Below are positions 1-12,764 of a stretch of 64,000 nt of DNA, one piece after another (position 1 is the stretch's first letter; each line of letters begins with the position of its first letter). The stretch covers positions 15,128,001-15,192,000 of the forward strand of contig OZ210885.1 in assembly GCA_964658305.1 (NCBI GenBank), given 5' to 3'. This DNA is from Leptogorgia sarmentosa. Lineage: Eukaryota. The position numbers and the translations under genes were made by a program. The notes under the pieces were generated by a model. That model worked only from the letters and a program-made list of their open reading frames with translations. It had not been told where the DNA came from and did not search any database.

Positions 1-2420
1 GTGTAAAAACTCTTGGATTGAAATGGTTAGCTGATGAAGATTCGTTTACTTTTGAAGAACAATTTCTTAAGGACGACCTTCCACCCACCAAACGAAATTT
101 TCTTAAGAGCATGGCAGCTCTTTTCGATCCCATGGGTTTCCTAGCACCTTTCATAATCCAAGCTAAAATCATTCTTCAAGAGATATGGACACGGGGACTT
201 GACTGGGATGATGAAATCGTAGATAATGATATCCTCACGAAAGCTGAAATTTGGATAAAGCAGCTGCAGTACTTAACTGATATCAAAGTGCCAAGGTGCA
301 TGCGGCTGGAGAATGAAGGTAGAGTCTTTTCGATTACCTTACACACGTTTGTTGATGCATCCCAAGAAGCCTATGGTGCCGTAGTCTATGCGAAGGTCGT
401 TTATGACAGTGGAAAGCAATCATGTCGTCTGATAGCTGCGAAAACAAAAGTTGCACCACTCAAGACAATGAGTATCCCTCGCTTGGAGTTAATGGCCGCG
501 GTATTGGGAACCAGAATGACGAATTCTATCATAAATATTCTTTCTATTGGTCAGATAGTATGAATGTGCTGTGGTGGATTCGCAATCCCAGTCGAAAATT
601 TAAAGTATTTGTTGCGAATCTAGTTGGAGAAATTCAAACATTAACAATCCCAACCAATGGCGACACATACCATCCGAGAAGAATTCTGCGGATCTGCTTA
701 CAAGGGGCGTAAATCTTTCTTCGTTGATATCTATCAATTTCTGGTGGTACGGCCCTGAATTTTTGACACAAGTGGAGTCTACGTGGCCGATCGACCCAAT
801 AGAAGTTCAAGCGAGCACAAACGAAGAAAGAAAGAATTATCACAAGCAAGAAACAAGAGACTGGAAAAAAGAGTCTAGTGATACCAAGGCGCATCAGAAA
901 GAACAATGACTGCTGTAAATACAACTAGCAGTACACAATCTTGGTGTTTAAAACCAACCCGGTTTTCCTCCTGGAAACGAATGATTCGAATCCGAGCATG
1001 GGTTTATCGCTTTATAATCAACTGTAGAAATGTTGATAATCGCATTCACGGAGAACTGAACCCTGATGAAATCAGAGAAGCGGAGAATGCAACAATAGCA
1101 GAGGCTCAAGGAGAATCATTTCCTTTGGAATTACGTTCTCTTAAAAGTGGAGAGGAACTACCAAAAAACAGTAAGCTACTTGATCTGCGTCCAGGTTTAC
1201 ACGAAGATGGGTTGATAAGATCGAACGGACGTCTAAAATATGCTGAATTCCTCCCTTTTGACGTCCGTTTCCCTATTATTCTACCAAGAAAACACTGGGT
1301 CACAAAATTATTGGTAAAATATTTCCATGAAAAGGGTCACCATATTGGTGGTACTAACCAGACACTGGCTGATATCTCCTCGCGATTCTGGATTATATCT
1401 GGACGTGAAGAAGTGCGCGACTGGGAAAAGGAATGCTCTGTATGTAGACAGAGAAACGCGAAAGCAGGGACTCTCAAATAATGGCACCACTTCGAAATAT
1501 CCGCTTAAAGACTCCAATGAAAGCGTTTTGTTACACGATATTATGCAGGTCCATTCTACACGGTACAAGGAAGAGGAAAACATCAACAAAAACGCTACCT
1601 TTGTCTTTTCACTTGCTTATCTTGCAGGGCAGTTCATCTTGAGATGGCCTTTTCCATGGACACCGATTCATTTCTTAACGCGTTTTTTCGAATGGCCAAT
1701 CGACGGGGATTACGCGAAGAGATTATATCAGATAACGGGACTAATTTTATTGGAGCAGACAAAGAATTGCGACAGTTAGTAGAACGATTAGACAAGAATA
1801 CGATTATATCACCGACAGCGAGTAAAGCAGTAAAATGGAAATTTAACCCACCTCATGTGCCACATTTTGGTGGAATATTTGAATCAATGATTAAATCCGC
1901 AAAGAAAGCGATTTATGCGATACTTGGATCTGCAGATATTACAGATGAAGAATTATTATCAGCCTTCACTGGTGCGGAAGCGCTTATCAATTCACGCCCA
2001 CTTACATATCAATCAGCGAATCTCAAAGATAACATTCCTTTAACTCCAAATCATTTTTTATTTGGCCAACTTGGAGGTAAATTTGCACCGGAAGCCGTTG
2101 ATAAGACCGACTTCAATCCAATAAAAAGATGGAGACGTGTTCAGGAGTTAGTTCGTCATTTCTGGCATCGATGGCTTAAAGAATGGATTCCAAATCTAAC
2201 TGAACGAAAAAAGTGGCAACTACCGCAGAAAGAAGTCAAAGAAGGGGACATAGTTTTGGTTATGGCTTATGATTTACCTAGAGGACATTGGCCGTTAGGA
2301 AGAATAGTTAGTGTTCATCCTGGGAAAGATGGACATATACGTGTCGTGAAAGTGAGAATCGGGGAAACAATATTAACCAGGCCAATTACAAAAATTTGTC
2401 CACTTGAGTGTGAAAGTTAG
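1..2420 (+). pseudogene. BEL/Pao LTR retrotransposon #1, 3' part of pol (RT connection/RNase H and integrase), frameshifted
   Basis: Consecutive ORFs 18-563, 906-1481 and 1644-2420 carry Pao motifs FDPMGFLAPF, FVDASQEAYGAV and SIPRLEL, the integrase HHCC region, SDNGTNF...GGIFE, and a C-terminal WPLGRI...RPITKICPLE. Confidence 0.95.
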
Positions 2421-2484
2421 AACCTCATAAATTCGAATTTGTGTATCATATGTATATATACCGACAAATTGACCTTTACAAGTC

Positions 2485-2637
2485 AAGGAAGGGGAGAATG
2501 ATCCGAAGAGAATTCATATTAATTATTGTTCAATTTATGCGTCACGGTATGTATAAGTGTGTGTAAAATTGTCTGGTTGTTGAATAAAGAAAATTCGTAT
2601 CGAAAATGTTGAGAATAGTTGTGCCGTCGGACCAACA
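2485..2637 (+). repeat. Polypurine tract (2485-2498) and short 3' LTR (~2499-2637) of BEL #1
   Basis: AAGGAAGGGGAGAA is followed directly by TG at 2499, with AATAAA at ~2583 and CCAACA ending at 2637. The antisense pol of BEL #2 begins there, its RNase H motif cut at TFV. Confidence 0.8.
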
Positions 2638-4728
2638 AATGTTTGTAATGTAAACGAGCGAATTTCTTCATTTTGTGCCAATCGGATACATCTTGGTACA
2701 CGAATGTTTTCTAGATGATCCAGCTCTTCTAACCACAATCTCACTTTCATAAGTAAATCATCGTCGAGGTTATCATCCCAATCAAGACCACGAGTCCAAA
2801 CCTTTTGAAGGAGGATTTTTGCTTGTATGATAAATGGCGCAAGAAATCCCATGGAATTGAAGAGTGAAGCCATTTTCTTCAGAAAATTGCGCTTTGTTAA
2901 TGGAAAGTCATTCTCACGAGACCTATTGGTAAAGGTAAAGATGTCAGCATCAGACAGCCACTGAAGTCCAAGAGTTTCAACACCAGGGATTCCATTGGTT
3001 TGGTCTAGATTAACCTTTCCACTTCTTTTTTCTTCTGGAATCTGTTCCAAAACTGCCACAGAATTCGATAACCACTTATGTGGATACATGTTTGCACTTT
3101 CGTACAATTCACTCAATTGTTGAAACAACTCAATGGCTTGGGTATCGTTCGACACAGAATCCATGCTATCATCCATGTAGGTTGATTTGAGAACAGTCTC
3201 AGCTGCCATAGGAAACTTCTTTTTTAACGAGTTGGCATGTTGCTGGACGACAAATTGCACATGAAAGGGAGACGAGTTAACGCCAAATACCACTCGGTTA
3301 AATTCATATTCATCGGGAGGTTTGTCTTCCTCCAACAAACGCCACAGGAAACGTTGGTAGGGTCGATCTTTAGGAGAAATCTCTATTCGCAGATACATTT
3401 CGGAAATGTCACAAATGAGAGCCACAGGATGCTGACGAAACCGAACTAAGATGTTAAACAAGTCTTGCTGAAGCTTTGGACCTTGATGAATTACGTCGTT
3501 TAACGAGATTCCCTTGCACTTTGCCGATGCATCAAATACAATACGTGTTTTTGTTGTAGGTCGATCTGGACGTAACACTGGAAAGTGTGGCAAATACCAG
3601 GCTTCAATTGGGAATTTCTCTGCGTTTGGAACTTTACGAACATACCCTTTTTTGATGTACTGATTGATGATGTCGGAATAGACCCTCGCCAACTCTGGAT
3701 TCTTCTTAAGACGTTTCTCGGTGATTTCAAGTCTTCGGTGTGCCATTTCATAATTACTGGGGATTGCGGGTTCTTTATTTTTCCAAGGAATTGCAACTTG
3801 GTAAATCCCGTTCTCGTACATCAGGGATTGCTTTACTTCCTTTAATGCTTCATAAGGAACATTTTTCGTTTCCCAAAACTTTTGAAGTATCAAGTCAACT
3901 TCATTTAAATCTTGATTACCCCGTGTGAGGTAAGTCCGATTAAAGTTCGTTTGTTGTGGTAACCGATCATCATGTGGAAATCCAACGCATGTCCAGCCAA
4001 GTGGCGCGAGTCGAGCGATGGGTTCGTTCGGCATTCCACGAACATCTTTCACTGAATAATGAAGGTCGGCATAATCAAGTCCGATAAGGACATCTACGTA
4101 GGGCCTGGACGCAGTGATTCAAAATGGAATGTCTTTCAGATTGTCCCACTTGTCAGCGTATCGATTCCAATCTACGACTTTCATAGTACCAGTTACCTTA
4201 TCAGTAATGTATGCTTCTACTGTAGTACTAACTTTGCCATCCAGACTCTCCAATTGAAACTCTACAGCCATTGTATAAAACGATTCTACTTGGCCATTCA
4301 ACACATTCACATTAGTTTTCTGATAATCACCCTTCAGTCCTAATTCTGCAATGCATCGGCATTGAGATATGTCTTCGTACTTGCATCGTCCAATAATGCA
4401 TTCAATTTCATACTACGATTTCCTTTCTTTAACAAAACTGGTACAGTTCACATAGCTAGGAATTCTTGTTGTTTTTCGGATAATTTAGGTTCAGTGTGGG
4501 TTGTATGGGATCTCTCCGTTACTGGATCTCGCTCCCCTTCCGTGACAGAAGAAGTTTGAGTAGCACTGGAAACTTGTGAGGTGACTCTTCGATTACCTTG
4601 ATCGGAATTTCCTTGTACATCGTTGAACGATTCCTTTTTCCTAGAAAGGGAGCTATCATGAAGAAGTCTATTGTGAGTCTTTATGCAACCGTCAATACCA
4701 CACGTTCTACTTCTGATACATCTACTGC

Positions 4729-7700
4729 CAAGCCTGGAAATAAGCGTCCGGTCACGGACATTGACTGGCCAATTTTAGTGTTTTGACAGGCAGAAATTTT
4801 AATGTGCCTGTCACTTTGTCCGGAACTAATTTTATAATAAAATTTTGTAAATACATGTACATGTATACTTAGCAAATTTTCTAAAAATATTTCTGTGAAA
4901 ATATATTCCACAACTTCACGATTTATTTTTGGTGCAATGTTATGTCCAACGACGCCATTATATTTGCCATAATATTTGCCATAATATTTGCCATTATTTA
5001 TTATTTCGTTGTTTTGTTGAATACTTGAATGTTTCCAGTATGAAAAAATATTTCACCTACTGATTTGGATACAGTGAAATTTTTTATCAAATTTTAACGT
5101 GGAAACACAATCGGCAATGGCGGGAAAATTATATCTTTTTGTTTTCCTGGTTTATATTCACCAAAATGTCAAAGAAAATCACCTCTTTTTTTACCAAACA
5201 AAGTAAAGGGAATGAAAATACATCCGAGGGTGCAACAATAACAGAACCTGACAGCGCGAGTAAAGATTTGAATAAGTCATTGCAGAAAAAAACATCTGAA
5301 AGAACGTTAAAAGCAACTACACTTCAGAAGTGGATTAACGAAGATTTGGCTGCACTCAATGCTTTTTTGTGGCTAAAGCATGAGGAAAACAAGCAAGGTC
5401 AAGTCAAACTTATGAAATGTATGGTATGCACAAAATTCGAGGACAAATTAAAGCACAATCGAGATTTTTCCAAGGCGTGGATACAAGGGACATGTAATCT
5501 TCGTTTATTGAATGCAAAAGATCATGCTGCAACCAAATGCCATCAACATGCGTACGATCTCTATGTAAAGGAATCAAGAGCTAGTAATATAGAAAGTCCT
5601 GTCAGATCCCTACCCAATCAACCTGGTCAACGTACTTTAGAAGATGGATTTTCAACATTAGATGAAGCTCAGTTAGGACAAACTATCAAGAAATTTGACA
5701 TTGCCTATTTCGTTGCAAAAAAAGAGTTGCCATTTGCTGTCTATGAAGATTTAATAGCCTTAGAAAAACGCCATGGTGTTGACTTAGGTAATGTTTATAC
5801 TAACCGAAAACAATGTGCCGAGTTTGTTGATATCAATGCTCAGTTTATTGCCCAACAATTGAATGAAGATTTAACCAAAGCAAAATTTTATAGTATCTTA
5901 ACAGACGGTAGTACGGACAAATCAGTTACAGAGAAAGAAGTCGTTTATGTCCTGTATTTTGATCCCCACCCTAAGTCAAATCCAAACGAAGTTGAAGTCA
6001 AGTTATCATTTTTATGTTTGAAAGATGTCAAGAAGGCAGATGCTGAAGGCATAACGAACGCAATTGAAGAAAGCTTTAAGTCATTGGGCATGTTACCAAA
6101 TGAACTGTATTCCAAGTTAGTAGGTTTTGGTGCTGATGGTGCATCTGTAAATAGTGGCAACAAGAACGGAGTAAAGGCACTGCTAGAGAAAAATTCTCCA
6201 TGGTTAGTATACACGTGGTGTGTTGCACATAAATTGGAACTAGCTCTTAAAGATGCACTAAATGGTACAAGATTTGATAGTGTTGATGACATGTTGGCAA
6301 AACTATACTCTCTGTATCATAAATCTCCCAAAAAAATGCATGAACTGAAACAACTTCATGATTTACTTGACTTTGACTTTGAAGAGGGGGCTGTGAAACC
6401 AAAACGTGCTTCCGGCACACGTTGGATAGAATTTAAGCTGTCAGCACTGCGAATTGTTCTCGACAAGTATGGAGTCTACATTCAACATTTGGAAAATTTG
6501 AGTAGCGATAAAGATGTTCCAGGTAAAGATCGTCAAAAAATCAAAGGGTATTTGCAACAATGGAAATCAAGTCACATGCTGCTAAACGTTGCGTTGTTTA
6601 TTGACGTTCTTCATCCTGCTGCAATTTTGTCTAAAGCATTCCAAGATAATGTTATTGACAGTGTTGGAACTATACATAACCTCAAGAGGTCGAAGCAATC
6701 CTTGACCAATTGATGTCTAAAGCATTTGAAGACCTTCCATCCATCAAACATGTTTTCAACAGATTGACGACAACAGAAACCACGCGTATTTATCAAGGAA
6801 TTGAATTTCCAGTCCAGAATTTCAAGAAAGCTGTAGCTGATGTTAGCGCTTCAAAAAACACCATCATAGAAGCCGTTCATTCTACCTTAGATGCTAGATT
6901 GGAAGGTGCTAGTACCATCGAATTAGAATCTGTTGCAAAAATCTTAAATACGGAGCACTGGAAATCACTTGTTGAGGAAGATGGCATTGAGTTTGCAGAT
7001 GGTATGGTTACTGATCTTTTAGAGAGGTTTCGTCCGATTTTGTTAAAGCAAGGTCTCTGTCTGAGCACCTGTGCTCTAGAAATCCTTGAAGAGTGGCACG
7101 ATATTGTAACTCATACAATAAACTTCCTTCAGTCAAAGAAAACCAACTATAAGAAGACATGGCGACTTTTGTTTGACTTGTCCTATTCCAGTAAATGGAA
7201 GAACATTTTGCTTGTGATTCAGCTGCTGTTTTCTGTACCAATCTGTAATGCAAAGTTAGAACGCCTATTCTCTAAAGTGAAGAGAACAAAGAATGATGAA
7301 AGATGTTCAATAAGCGAGGAAAGACTAACAAATGTTCTCAGAATTCAGGAGGAAGGTCCGCCCCTTGATTCCTTCGATTCTGCTCCGGTTGTTCAGATGT
7401 GGCAAAACCAGAAAATAAGACGGCCAAATCAGAAAAGAAGAAAAAAATATAAACCAAGAAAGAAGAAAGTTAAATATTATCATGCCTCTGGAAATGACAC
7501 CAACTTATCAGTTGATGTCACACCACAACCAACAGCTTCTGAATCAGGCAATGATACTGCCTCTTCTTCTGATGAATCACCTAGTTCTAGCAATGCTGCA
7601 TTTCCCAATTTAGGTGACAGTGACAGTGACACCAGTAATTTTGCAGGCTTTTTGCCAGAGGACTTTTGCTAGCTTTTGGGTGGAGGCTTATTAGAGGGGA

Positions 7701-7981
7701 ACTAAAAAGAGGCTGGTGGCTTAATAAATAGAGGAAATACGGTATATAGGATGCTGACTTACATGTTTGATGTTTTAATTGTTATTAAATTGAGATATAG
7801 TTGAGATATATCATATATTATATTGATGTATATATGGCAAGAGGGTTGAAAAGCTGTATCTTTTGATTGTGACATGTTGTGTAGCTTTGTTTTTAATTTT
7901 GACACACCGTTAGTGGCAGTAGAATGACCAGTACATTTTGCTTTTTGACAGACAGGTTGCTAAAAATTATTTCCAGGCTTG
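4729..7981 (+). mobile_element. Full-length hAT DNA transposon (ZNF862-like transposase)
   Basis: Perfect 15-bp TIR CAAGCCTGGAAATAA (4729-4743 / 7967-7981) and 8-bp TSD TCTACTGC (4721-4728 / 7982-7989). Confidence 0.97.
5166..7672 (+). pseudogene. hAT transposase, ZNF862-like, with one frameshift near 6710
   Basis: SILTDGSTD, GFGADGASVN, WCVAHKLELA, GTRW and a C-terminal NAKLERLFS dimerisation motif, split over ORFs 5139-6713 and 6710-7672. Confidence 0.9.
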
Positions 7982-9350
7982 TCTACTGCCATTGTGACCC
8001 TCACCCAAACAACGATAACAAAGTTGTGCCTTTTTTGCAAAATCCCATCTTTCGGGAACAGACATCTCTTTGAACTTACTGCACTTCCAAGTAGAATGAT
8101 CATCAGTACACACTTTGCATTTTGATACTCCATCTCTGCCAAAATATGTTCAGCCCCCATCTCTAATCTTTGGTTTTCTTTTGGGATTTAATCCTTGAAG
8201 AGTTTCTGCTGCTATTGTTTGGAATTCAGATTCTTGAATAGCCCATTCTCGAAGTGACAAGTGATGAACTTTCTTATTTTCGAACGTCCAATGATGATAT
8301 TGGCAAACCATTTGTTCTGTCAACTTTCGTTGTAACTTTAAATATAGTGAACCATTCTTCAATTCCTCTTGTCTACCGGCTTCTTGGAGATTAGTAACAG
8401 CTACGTCTAACAGATCCACAAATTTCTCTAAATCTTTTGCTTGGCCCGGACGAATAGGTTTAAAGCTGTCCAGTTAGTCGAAGTAAAGAGCAACTTGACG
8501 TCGACTGCCGCCGTATTTTCTTTCTAATCTTATCTTCGCTGCTTTGTACGCAAACGCGGAATGTCCCAATTTTTCAACTGCTTTTAACGCTTCTCCCGAT
8601 AGATATTGTCAAAGCTGCAGAAGTTTAAATTCCGGCGTTGCTGGGGCATTATCAATACAGGCTGTAAATGTCACTTTCCAGTTTTTGTATGTTCGTTTAT
8701 CTCCAGAAAAAACCGGAATAGTTACGCGTTTTAACTGTCTCCATAAATCGATTGTGGCTCAGACTGTGTTGTTGTTGATTTCGAATAGGGTGTGCTTTGA
8801 TATTGTTCTTCAAAACGATTTGTTTGAAAAGACTTTTGTTGTTCAGTCTCCAGTTGATCTCCCGGGATGTAATTTGCATCGGTACTGATGTTACACATGA
8901 CTTGCTCAAGATGACTCGAAGTTTTCTGTGAATGAGTGCTCAATGTATCATTTATCGTATTATCCAGATATGTTTGAACTCGATTCAGTGTTTCTCTATA
9001 TTCAGCCTCAAGTTTTTCTAGTTCGTCGGTTGTTTGTTGCAACGCGGTTTTGTTTGTTCTGCTCGAATACTCTTGTGCATCGATAATTGCCACTGCTTCT
9101 TCTTGCTTTTCGCTTAACTTTCGCTGTATCTCTCGTATCTGCCTTCGATTTAGGCATTCTTCATCGTCAAGTAAGCTCAACAGTTAACTTCTTGTCTTCA
9201 TAAACGCTGTTTTTGTCCTTGCCTTTTTATATCTTAACTCTTCAATACGAATTTCCGCCTGATCAGTTTTCTTACATTCGATTAACAACTGTTCTATTTC
9301 AGGGTACAAATCTTGTTCGCTTTGTCGATTATCGCTAGCCATTTACTTGA

Positions 9351-9371
9351 GGAAACCACTTCCTGCTACCA
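9351..9371 (-). promoter_or_regulatory. Primer binding site of BEL #2, resembling the initiator tRNA-Met 3' end
   Basis: Minus strand TGGTAGCAGGAAGTGGTTTCC lies between LTR and gag; imperfect complement of the tRNAi-Met 3' end (...GAAACCAUCCUCUGCUACCA). Confidence 0.7.
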
Positions 9372-9994
9372 TTTGGTTGAAAGATATGTAAAACTCTAGT
9401 TCAATCTATAATTTTTTACAGCTTTATTTAACTTTTACACTTACACGGTTAGTACACACAGAGCTCTGATCTTTAGTTTGTTCTCAGCTTTTATAGTACT
9501 TAGTTTACATATTATACATATTTACATATCATGAATTAGGTTACTTCTGTTCACTAGTATTCAGCAAGACTGTTTCCCTAAAATATGTGCTTTACACAGA
9601 GCTTAGAAAATTTGAAATTTTTTTGTAGATTTATACCGGCCCGTATCAAGCACCTGCATCCTGTTGTGTAAATATGGATGAAAACTACCTGGCTGCTCTG
9701 AAACCTGGCATGTTTGTTGCAGTATATATTAGCAACTGTAAGAAGAGGCCAATACTGGAAGGGAAGTTACAACACACCCTGGCAACCACGTGAAACCTGG
9801 TGAAAGGTAAAGATGGGGCACTACCATGGGCAGATACTATTCCCAAAGAGGCAGTTATTATGTGTTTTTGAACTTGATGAGAAAAACCACTTGTTACAAA
9901 ATACTAGAAAATTTTTAAATAGATGGTATAAAGATCAGGCAAATAAGTTTGATGAACATGTGAAATGAATAATACATCTGGTTGCATAGATATG

Positions 9995-10205
9995 CAGTAC
10001 TGTGCAAAAGTTATAGGCACCTCGTGAAAAAGCATTTGACTGGCTCTTATTGTAAACTTATACAATGCAAAAGTTATAGGCACCTCGTGAAAAAGCATTT
10101 GACACCATCTTATTGTAAACTTATTGTAAACTTATACGATAAGTTTACAATAAGATGGCGTCAAATGCTTTTTCACAAGGTGCCTATAACTTTTGCACAG
10201 TACTG
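9995..10205. mobile_element. Tc1/mariner-type palindromic MITE with internal tandem duplication
   Basis: CAGTACTGTGCAAAAGTTATAGGCACC... at the left and its reverse complement ending at 10205, followed by TA; a ~60-bp part of the left arm is duplicated. Confidence 0.8.
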
Positions 10206-10387
10206 TACTTAAACTTTAATATACTGGCCAGCTTACACAGTTACATGTACACAGTACACTTACCTACTCTCTGCAGCCCTGTTCATAATTCTGTAATTAT
10301 TTCAGTATAGTAAAGAAAGCCTTGCATGTTGTCGAGATATTCAGTAATCATAAAATCTTTACCATTGTTTTGCCATGTTTCCATATA

Positions 10388-12441
10388 CAGGGTGTATCCA
10401 AAAAAAGTTTACTGATGAAAAACATTCTCTAAACTAACGAGCACTCGAAATTGTCTGGACAGCATTCCACCACAAATTTTGAAAGAGTTTGCCCACAAAC
10501 TTGCTGAGCCAGTTACATCAATATTTAATACATCTTTGTCCTCTGGACTAGTACCTGTTTTATGGAAAGATTCTACTATCATACCCATTCCTAAAGCGAA
10601 ACAAGCCCAGGTTGAGAGCGATACCCAAAGCTTTCGATAGAATAGAGCACAACATTGTTATAACAAAATTGATCGATTTGGGAGTGCGCCGTTCAATAAT
10701 CCCTTGGATTTGTAGCTTCCTTTCAAATCGCCGCCAGTGTGTTAAGCTCGGACAGTGTGTCCCGATGGCTTTCAACTAGTGCTGGGGTCCCACAGGGTAC
10801 CAAATTGGGTCCAATCCTTTTTGTCATGATGATTAACGACCTGAAAATAGTATACCCGCGTTCCAGTTATTGGAAGTACGTAGACGACGTGACGATATCT
10901 GAGATTGTCCCAATAAGGGAGGTATCCACACTACAAAACGAATTGGACGCAATTGGTAATTGGACAAGTAACAATAATATGAAATTGAACCCCAAAAAGT
11001 GTAAAGAGATGATTGTCTCCTTTCGACGAGATATTGAACAGCCACCACACACTTTAGTTGCTGAAAACATCAGTCTTGAAAGAATTGAATCCCACAAAGT
11101 ATTAGGTCTAACGATCCAGAATAATCTGAAGTGGGACTTGCACATTAGTGAGATAATAACCAAGGCATCGAAAAGACTACATATCTTACGAGTTCTCAAG
11201 CGCAGTGGAGTTTCACCGTTCCATTTACTACGAGTATTTTTTGCACTTATTAGATCCCTGCTTGAGTACTGCTGCCCTGTATGGCATTCATCATTGACTA
11301 TCAACTTGTCAGATAAAATTGAACGGGTGCAGAAGCGCACAATGCTAATAATCTACCCCACATTAAGCTATGACGCTGCTCTGGACCAAGCTAAATGTTC
11401 GACATTACACGCAAGACGAGATAGTTTGTGCATAAAAACTTTTGACAAAATGAGACAGCCAAATTCACGTCTTAATCATTTAATACCACCTCCTTGGGCC
11501 AATGAACACAATTGTAATTTAAGGTACGGAAATAGATTAACACTGTTTCCTTGTAAGACGGAGCGCTTTAAGAAAAGCTTTTTTCCTACTATGTGTTTAC
11601 AAACTCATAATTTATAATCTCTGTAATTTTGTAATTATAAAAGTGCATTTACCTTTAGATATTGATTTATAGATCAGTAAACAATTGTTGTAATATAATG
11701 CCTGTAACACAAGGTACTTTTTAATATTTTTAACTAAAGTTTGTAAATAATTTCGCAATTCGCTTTCATCGAGCGCGACGATTTTATATTAATAAACCAA
11801 CCATCTATAAACCAACCATCTAATTTCTGAAAACGTTCGGTTGGCATGGGTAGTTTAACACCCTCTGTTATACCCAGCACTAAGTTTATTTTAAAATAGA
11901 ATGGGAATGTGGTTACCGAAAGGCCATTAAAAACGGCTTGCGCGGAAAAAATAAGTTTTCTTCACGCAATTTGATTTAAAATTTGAAAATATGGTTGATT
12001 AATAATATTTGGTTTAAAATATGGAGTATTATATACAAGCTATTCAAGCTATTCGAGAAATTTGGTGTAGGCCAGGACGAACGTGCTATGTCCGAAAACT
12101 GGATTTTGCGTTCTTTCCTGCATGATTACCGATTAATTTATGCATAATTGGATATTTGCATTAATTACCAATGTAAATTGCAAGCTAATTCCCAAAGGTC
12201 CGTAATTACTTGTATATCATACTCCATATTTTCATCTGATTAAATCAAATTGTGTGAAGAAATGGGCCTTTCAGTAACCACATTTTCCATTCTAAAAAAG
12301 TTTGTTTTTAAAATAAACTTAGTGCTAGATATACCAGAGGGTGTTAAGCTACCCATGCTGACCAAAAGTGTTTGGAAATTTTGAGCGCTCGTTAGTTTAG
12401 AGAATGTTTTTCATCAGTAAACTTTTTTTTGATACACCCTG
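10388..12441. mobile_element. Tc1/mariner-type MITE with long imperfect TIRs, interrupted by a LINE
   Basis: TA|CAGGGTGTATC...GATACACCCTG|TA; the inverted-repeat match resumes at 11822 after the LINE. Confidence 0.88.
10453..11821 (+). mobile_element. 5'-truncated non-LTR retrotransposon (L2/CR1 group), RT C-terminal half plus 3' UTR
   Basis: ORF 10739-11617 has GVPQGTKLGPILF and KYVDD; the 3' tail is two copies of ATAAACCAACCATCT; AATT occurs on both flanks. Confidence 0.9.
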
Positions 12442-12558
12442 TAGAATCAAAGGTCAAAACCACCTCCAAATTTGAACTGCAGGCTCCATATTTTTGCTGT
12501 GTACATGTTTATCCACCGTTTATCAGTGATATTTTCTGGAGAGCAATAACATAGGATC

Positions 12559-12764
12559 CACTGAGCTATACTTATTTATCATAGGATCAGGCTACCTTGA
12601 CGCTCGGGTGTTCGTCGGAACGTGCAGCGATCATCCCCCAACGACCCTCGACATTACCTAATGTATTAAAGTCACTGATTAAAGTATTATGTTAAGTATT
12701 TCCAAAGAATTTACCGAAGAACACCTGAGCGTCAAGGTAGCCTGACCATAAGTATAGCTCAGTG
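12559..12764. repeat. Small fold-back (MITE-like) element
   Basis: CACTGAGCTATACTTAT...TCAGGCTACCTTGACGCTC is inverted as GAGCGTCAAGGTAGCCTGA...ATAAGTATAGCTCAGTG. Confidence 0.7.

Larger units (their letters stand above)
2638..9566 (-). mobile_element. BEL/Pao LTR retrotransposon #2 (5' LTR, gag, protease, RT), degenerate; cut at RNase H by BEL #1 and interrupted by a hAT element
   Basis: gag ATG at 9342; CCHC knuckle CYRCLGEGHNGSRC once the hAT is removed; protease ALLDDAS near 4390; RT motifs YLPHFPV, RIVFDAS, FGVNSSPF, YMDD in ORF 2535-4052. Candidate 5' LTR 9374-9566 (TG...CA with TATA and AATAAA on the minus strand; outer end less certain). Confidence 0.9.
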
